This document shows positions 27,476 through 32,000 of a DNA stretch of 32,000 nt, in pieces (the stretch's first letter is position 1; the number at the start of each line of letters is the position of its first letter). The stretch spans positions 810,001-842,000 of the forward strand of contig NZ_CP088239.1 in assembly GCF_021054785.1 (NCBI RefSeq), given 5' to 3'. Made by a program: the position numbers and the translations under genes. The notes below the pieces were generated by a model. That model was not told where the DNA came from. It was given only the letters and a program-made list of their open reading frames with translations, and searched no databases. This DNA is from Tannockella kyphosi. Its GTDB lineage: Bacteria; Bacillota_I; Bacilli_A; Erysipelotrichales; Coprobacillaceae.

Positions 27476-28113
27476 TGAGACCAGATTTTAATAAAATGGA
27501 ACTTATTCCAGCAATTGTCCAAGATTATCAAACAAAACAAGTGTTAATGTTGGCGTATGTTAATGAAGAAGCTTATGATAAAATGTTAGAAACAAATTTA
27601 ACATATTTTTATTCTCGATCAAGAAAAGGATTATGGCATAAAGGAGAAACTTCAGGTCATATTCAACATATTAAAGGAATGTATTTAGATTGTGATTTGG
27701 ATACGATATTAATTTTTGTTGATCAAATTGGTGTAGCTTGTCATACTGGTGCTTATTCTTGTTTTTTTGAAGAAGTAAAACCATTTGATGGTAGTGATAT
27801 TTTTGTTGAAATAGAAAAAATGATTATCGAAAGAAAAGAAACTCCTGTCCCAAAATCATATACTAATTATTTATTAGAACAAGGAATTGATAAAGTTTGT
27901 AAAAAAATTGGTGAAGAAGCAAGTGAAACGATTATTGCTGCAAAAAACAATGATAAAGAAGAATTAGTTGGTGAAATTGGTGACTTATTATATCATGTAA
28001 TGGTATTGATGAATCAACAAGATATCTCTTTAGAAGATGTTCAAAACATTCTAAAACAAAGACATCAAATAACAGGTAATAAAAAAGTATTTCATACAAA
28101 AGGGGAATACTAA
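27475..28113 (+). CDS. hisI: Bifunctional phosphoribosyl-AMP cyclohydrolase / phosphoribosyl-ATP pyrophosphatase
   Basis: 212 aa. The N-terminal HisI part carries LIPAIVQD, SRSRKGLWHKGETSGH and CDLD...CHTG. The C-terminal HisE part carries SYTNYLL, KKIGEEASE and DLLYHVMVL. Confidence 0.93.
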   Translation: MRPDFNKMELIPAIVQDYQTKQVLMLAYVNEEAYDKMLETNLTYFYSRSRKGLWHKGETSGHIQHIKGMYLDCDLDTILIFVDQIGVACHTGAYSCFFEEVKPFDGSDIFVEIEKMIIERKETPVPKSYTNYLLEQGIDKVCKKIGEEASETIIAAKNNDKEELVGEIGDLLYHVMVLMNQQDISLEDVQNILKQRHQITGNKKVFHTKGEY

Positions 28114-28901
28114 TGAAAAAAATTGATTATCATATTCATACTCATTTTTCTGCTGATAGCCAAGAATATGTAAAAAATCATATTGAAAAAGCAATTGAAT
28201 TAGGTTTAGAAGAAATATGTTTTTGTGATCATCAAGACTTTTCTTATCCTGGAACTTCTTTTGATTTAGATGTGGATGCTTATTATAAAGAAATACAAAT
28301 GTATCAAAACATTTATAAAGATCAATTGATTATTAAATGGGGGATAGAAATTGGATTAGATTGTAATTATCAAAAAGAAATAAATACACTTATTCATAGT
28401 TATCCTTTTGATTTTGTAATAGGTTCTATCCATGTTATTGATAATCAAGAATTTTATGATCCAGCAATATTCTTTCATGGAAAATCAAAGAATGATGCGC
28501 ATCGTGATTTTTTTAAAGAAACACTAAAAGCTGTTCAAACATTTGATTGCTTTCATGTTTTAGGCCATCTAGATTATATTGTACGATATGGTCCTTATGA
28601 AGATAAAGAAATAGAATATGATGTTCATCAAGAGATTATTGATAACATACTAAAAACACTAATTCACAAAGGGATCGGTTTAGAACTAAACCTATCAGGA
28701 TATAAAGTTCATCAAACATGTGGATTCCCAAATTATAAGATATTACAACGTTATTATGATTTAGGTGGTAGAATCTTAACAACAGGTAGTGATAGTCACA
28801 TTTGTGATACATTAGGATATTGTTTAGATGATGCTCATCAACAATTACAAAATATTGGTTTTACTATTTCTACTTTTACTAATAAAACAATAGACAAATA
28901 A
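28113..28901 (+). CDS. hisK: Histidinol-phosphatase, PHP family (HisJ/HisK type)
   Basis: 262 aa. DYHIHTHFSADS at the N-terminus is the PHP metal-binding motif. Later His/Asp motifs follow (GSIH, LGHLDY, GSDSH). Last gene of the his operon, with a TAATG overlap. Confidence 0.85.
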   Translation: MKKIDYHIHTHFSADSQEYVKNHIEKAIELGLEEICFCDHQDFSYPGTSFDLDVDAYYKEIQMYQNIYKDQLIIKWGIEIGLDCNYQKEINTLIHSYPFDFVIGSIHVIDNQEFYDPAIFFHGKSKNDAHRDFFKETLKAVQTFDCFHVLGHLDYIVRYGPYEDKEIEYDVHQEIIDNILKTLIHKGIGLELNLSGYKVHQTCGFPNYKILQRYYDLGGRILTTGSDSHICDTLGYCLDDAHQQLQNIGFTISTFTNKTIDK

Positions 28902-28971
28902 TGGGCTAGTTAGATGCTTCGATAGATTATTTATTGAAATGTCTTTCTAGCCTTCTATTTTGTAGCTAATT

Positions 28972-28980
28972 TGTTATAAT
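28972..28980 (+). promoter_or_regulatory. Extended -10 element (TGtTATAAT) upstream of the methionine synthase genes
   Basis: TGTTATAAT at 28972-28980. The -35 region is a poor match. It lies only about 25 nt before the ATG at 29005. Confidence 0.35.
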
Positions 28981-29004
28981 GTATTTAAAAAAAGGAGGGG
29001 TCTT

Positions 29005-29676
29005 ATGTTGCATATTAATAAAGAGGATGTAATACGTTACTTAGGATTAAATGATCAAAATATAGATGATCAAACAGCACAAGAAATATCTTTGGTAACA
29101 AAACAATTGCAACAAACAGACTCTTGGAAAGTAACCTATCGTATTTTCTCTTTAGAAAAATCAAAAACAAAAGTAGATTTGTTACATACTGCACTATCAT
29201 TGCAAGCAAAAAGTGCTTTACAACTACTTGTTGATTGTGATCAATGTATTTTGCTTGCAGTCACACTAGGTAGTCAAGTAGATCAACTTTTAACAAAAAC
29301 ACAATTATTAAATATTTCTCATGCTTATGTTATGGATTGTTGTGCTAGTAGTATGGTTGAAGAGTTAATGAATGATTTAGAGTTAAAATTAAAAGAAGAA
29401 TGGATGTCAAAAGGCATGTTTTTTACTGATCGTTTTTCACCAGGGTATGGGGATTTATCTTTAGATTATCAAAAACAAATATGTAGTATATTAGAGACTC
29501 AAAAACTAATGGGTCTTACTTTATCATCATTTGGAACAATGGTTCCTACAAAATCAATTACTGCAATCATTGGTATTGCAAGTAAACCTCAAAAAATGAG
29601 GATAAAAGGATGTCAATATTGTGATTTTATAAATAATTGTCATTATCGTAAGGGAGGAAAAAGGTGTGGTTCATAA
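29005..29676 (+). CDS. Stand-alone vitamin-B12-dependent methionine synthase activation (reactivation) domain protein
   Basis: 223 aa. The segment RFSPGYGD is typical of the MetH activation-domain fold. It lies immediately upstream of, and overlaps, a core metH that appears to end soon after its B12-binding domain (inferred). There is a C-terminal Cys cluster, CQYCDFINNCHYRKGGKRC. SD AAGGAGGGG. Confidence 0.7.
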   Translation: MLHINKEDVIRYLGLNDQNIDDQTAQEISLVTKQLQQTDSWKVTYRIFSLEKSKTKVDLLHTALSLQAKSALQLLVDCDQCILLAVTLGSQVDQLLTKTQLLNISHAYVMDCCASSMVEELMNDLELKLKEEWMSKGMFFTDRFSPGYGDLSLDYQKQICSILETQKLMGLTLSSFGTMVPTKSITAIIGIASKPQKMRIKGCQYCDFINNCHYRKGGKRCGS

Positions 29677-32000
29677 TTTATTAAAAAAAGAGTTTATTTT
29701 TCTAGATGGAGCAATGGGGACAATGCTTCAAGCTAGTGGTTTAGAATTAGGACAAAGACCAGAAGTTTTAAATAAAACAAATCCTGAATTAATTAAAAAT
29801 GTTCATAAAGCTTATATTGAAGCTGGTTCAAATATTATTTATGCAAATACATTTGGTGCCAATCGTCATAAATTAGAAGAAGAAGAATTAAGTGTTGAGG
29901 AGTTAGTTTGTTTAGCTATCAAAAATGCAAAAGAAGTAACAAAAGGAACAGATGTTCTTGTTGCTTTGGATGTTGGTCCAATAGGTACTTTATTAGAACC
30001 TTTAGGATCGTTAACTTTTGAACAAGCATATGATATTTTCAAAGAGATTATTATTCATGGATCTCGTGCTGGGGCTGATTTGGTTGTTTTTGAAACAATG
30101 ACGGATTTATATGAAGCAAAAGCAGCTGTGTTAGCAGCAAAAGAAAATAGTGATTTACCAATATTTGTAACGATGACTTTTGAAGAAAATGGTAGAACTT
30201 TTACAGGTTGTACATTAGAAAGCATGGCAATCACTTTACAAGGACTAGGTGTCGATGCCCTTGGGATTAATTGTTCATTAGGACCAAAAGAAATTTTACC
30301 TTTAATGCAACAATTATCAACTTATACCAATTTGCCTCTTATTGCTAAACCTAATGCAGGATTACCAGATCCCCAAACGGGTCTTTATGATCTTGGAGCC
30401 CAGGAATTTAGTGATATAATGAAAGACTATGCTTTGGCGGGTGTTTCTATTTTAGGGGGATGCTGTGGAACAACCAAAGATTTCATTGAATTGTTAATTA
30501 AAAAAATGAATGGATTATCATGCAGCCCTAGAAAGTATAATAAAATGACAAGAGTATGCTCTAGTAATGAAGTTGTTAGAGTTGATACGGTACGTGTTAT
30601 TGGAGAAAGAATAAATCCTACTGGTAAAAAAAGATTTGCACAAGCTATTATTGAGCGAGATATGTCGTATATTTTAAAACAAGCATTAGAACAAGTAGAA
30701 GCAGGTGCAGAAATTTTAGATGTCAATGTTGGAGTACCTCAAATAGATGAAAAACAAAGAATGGTGGAAGTTGTAAAAGCAATACAATCTATTGTGACAA
30801 CACCATTACAAATTGATTCTTCTAAATTAGAAGCACTAGAAGCTGGATTACGCTTTTATAATGGAAAACCGATATTAAATTCAGTAAATGGCGAAAAAGA
30901 GAAGTTAGATAAAATTTTGCCTTTAGCTAAAAAATATGGGGCATGTATTGTTGGTTTAACAATTGATGAAGATGGAATTCCTGATAATGCTAATAAAAGA
31001 TTCGAAATTGCTAAAAAGATTGTCGATAGTGCTTTAAGTTATGGTATTCCAAAAGAAGATGTTTTAATTGACTGTTTAGCTTTAACCGTTTCTGCAAAAC
31101 AAGATAGTTGTAACGAAACACTTCTTGCAATGGAACGTATTAAAAATGAAATTGGAGTTAATATGGTATTAGGAGTTTCCAATATTTCCTTTGGACTACC
31201 AAATCGTAATTTAATTAACCATAGTTTTTTAATGTTGGCAATGTCTAGAGGTCTGACATTACCAATCATTAACCCAAATAGTAGTTCGATGATGGATGCT
31301 ATCTATGCTTATCGAGTACTTTGCGGACATGATAAAGATAGTCAAAACTATATTGAACGATATAACAATGAAACTATTTCTAATAATGAGGTTCATCAAA
31401 CAGAATTAACAATTGAACAAGCTATTATGAAAGGTTTAGAATTAGAAACTGCAAAACTTACAAAAGAATTACTAAAAGAATTGGAACCAATGCATATAGT
31501 AAATCAAATATTAATACCAACATTAGACTTGGTTGGTTTAAAATATGAAAAAAATGAAATATTTTTACCACAATTAATTCGTAGTGCGAATGCTTCTTGT
31601 AGTGCTTTTGATGCAATTAAACAAGAGATTGCTTTGACATCATCGAAAAGTATTTTAAAAGGAAAAATCATTCTTGCAACAGTATATGGCGATGTCCATG
31701 ATATCGGTAAAAATATTGTAAAAGTAATATTAGAAAACTATGGCTATGATGTGATTGATTTAGGTAAATCAGTATCACCTCAAGTAATTGTAGATATGGC
31801 TATTGAACAAGATGTATCTTTAATCGGTTTATCTGCTCTTATGACCACAACAGTTGAAAGTATGAAAGAAACGATTGAATTAATTAGAAAATCAAATCAT
31901 CCATGCAAAATAATGGTTGGTGGAGCTGTATTGACACAAGAGTACGCTATGAAAATAGGTGCGGATTATTATGGTAAAGATGCCAAACAGTCAGCTGATA
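29666..32000 (+). CDS. metH: Methionine synthase core (homocysteine S-methyltransferase + pterin-binding + B12-binding domains). The 3' end runs off the window.
   Basis: The frame is open from GTG 29666 (SD AGGGAGGA at 29651-29658) to the window end. Motifs seen: FLDGAMGTMLQ, NTFGAN, GGCCGTT (Zn site), a pterin-binding region, the B12 motif GDVHDIGKN (DxHxxG, ~31690) and GGAVLT. It is absent from the ORF track because no stop falls in the window. Confidence 0.9.
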   Translation, partial: MVHNLLKKEFIFLDGAMGTMLQASGLELGQRPEVLNKTNPELIKNVHKAYIEAGSNIIYANTFGANRHKLEEEELSVEELVCLAIKNAKEVTKGTDVLVALDVGPIGTLLEPLGSLTFEQAYDIFKEIIIHGSRAGADLVVFETMTDLYEAKAAVLAAKENSDLPIFVTMTFEENGRTFTGCTLESMAITLQGLGVDALGINCSLGPKEILPLMQQLSTYTNLPLIAKPNAGLPDPQTGLYDLGAQEFSDIMKDYALAGVSILGGCCGTTKDFIELLIKKMNGLSCSPRKYNKMTRVCSSNEVVRVDTVRVIGERINPTGKKRFAQAIIERDMSYILKQALEQVEAGAEILDVNVGVPQIDEKQRMVEVVKAIQSIVTTPLQIDSSKLEALEAGLRFYNGKPILNSVNGEKEKLDKILPLAKKYGACIVGLTIDEDGIPDNANKRFEIAKKIVDSALSYGIPKEDVLIDCLALTVSAKQDSCNETLLAMERIKNEIGVNMVLGVSNISFGLPNRNLINHSFLMLAMSRGLTLPIINPNSSSMMDAIYAYRVLCGHDKDSQNYIERYNNETISNNEVHQTELTIEQAIMKGLELETAKLTKELLKELEPMHIVNQILIPTLDLVGLKYEKNEIFLPQLIRSANASCSAFDAIKQEIALTSSKSILKGKIILATVYGDVHDIGKNIVKVILENYGYDVIDLGKSVSPQVIVDMAIEQDVSLIGLSALMTTTVESMKETIELIRKSNHPCKIMVGGAVLTQEYAMKIGADYYGKDAKQSAD

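Noticed and set aside
28902-29004. SAM, cobalamin or T-box leader, or a clean terminator, between the his operon and the methionine synthase genes
   Set aside because: The gap is about 100 nt and shows no conserved riboswitch core. Only a loose GGCTAG...CTAGCC pairing with a ~35-nt loop is present, which is not a convincing terminator.
30427-31269. Minus-strand ORFs of 99 aa and 76 aa listed in the track where no plus-strand ORF was reported
   Set aside because: The plus strand here is the open metH frame (GGCCGTT and pterin-binding motifs). It is missing from the track only because it has no stop in the window. The minus ORFs are antisense shadows.
1-32000. Looked for CRISPR repeats, IS or transposase genes, integrases, phage genes, tRNA/rRNA genes, toxin-antitoxin pairs and defence-system hallmarks
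   Set aside because: I saw no repeat-spacer periodicity, no terminal inverted repeats flanking genes, no recombinase-like ORFs and no cloverleaf-like G+C-rich islands. By eye, composition and coding density look uniform and core-genome-like.

Overview
This is an AT-rich window (roughly 30% G+C by eye) from a low-GC, spore-forming Bacillota chromosome. An Erysipelotrichales or Clostridia-like organism is a guess. It is densely packed core genome. I saw no rRNA or tRNA genes, CRISPR arrays, IS elements, integrases or an obvious defence island. Gene order: ispG (partial), pepF and rpsT on the minus strand, then a sporulation block gpr-spoIIP-small membrane ORF, which matches the rpsT/gpr/spoIIP neighbourhood of Bacillus as I recall it. 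Next come fmt, a Cof-type HAD hydrolase, an XRE regulator coupled to an M18 aminopeptidase, and dacF-spoIIAA-spoIIAB-sigF followed directly by a signal peptidase I. After that: an orphan ~585-aa protein with an HPr-kinase-like P-loop, a convergent unknown protein, a YtvI/AI-2E-like membrane protein coupled to a second Cof HAD, rpsO, and a small membrane protein. A ~425-nt non-coding spacer precedes an Fe(III)-type ABC importer (binding lipoprotein, fused permease, ATPase). A tightly coupled histidine operon follows (hisZ-G-D-B-H-A-F-IE plus a PHP histidinol phosphatase, no hisC). The window ends with a split methionine synthase: an activation-domain ORF and a core metH truncated at the window edge. 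The two most interesting items are (1) a 17-codon leader ORF with three consecutive His codons, a strong SD and an intrinsic terminator just upstream of hisZ, which looks like a ribosome-mediated his attenuator rather than the T-box expected in this phylum, and (2) the orphan HprK-like P-loop protein with an uncharacterised ~350-aa N-terminal region behind a perfect consensus promoter. I found no convincing multi-gene novel system. All functional calls rest on by-eye motif and family recognition, not on searches.
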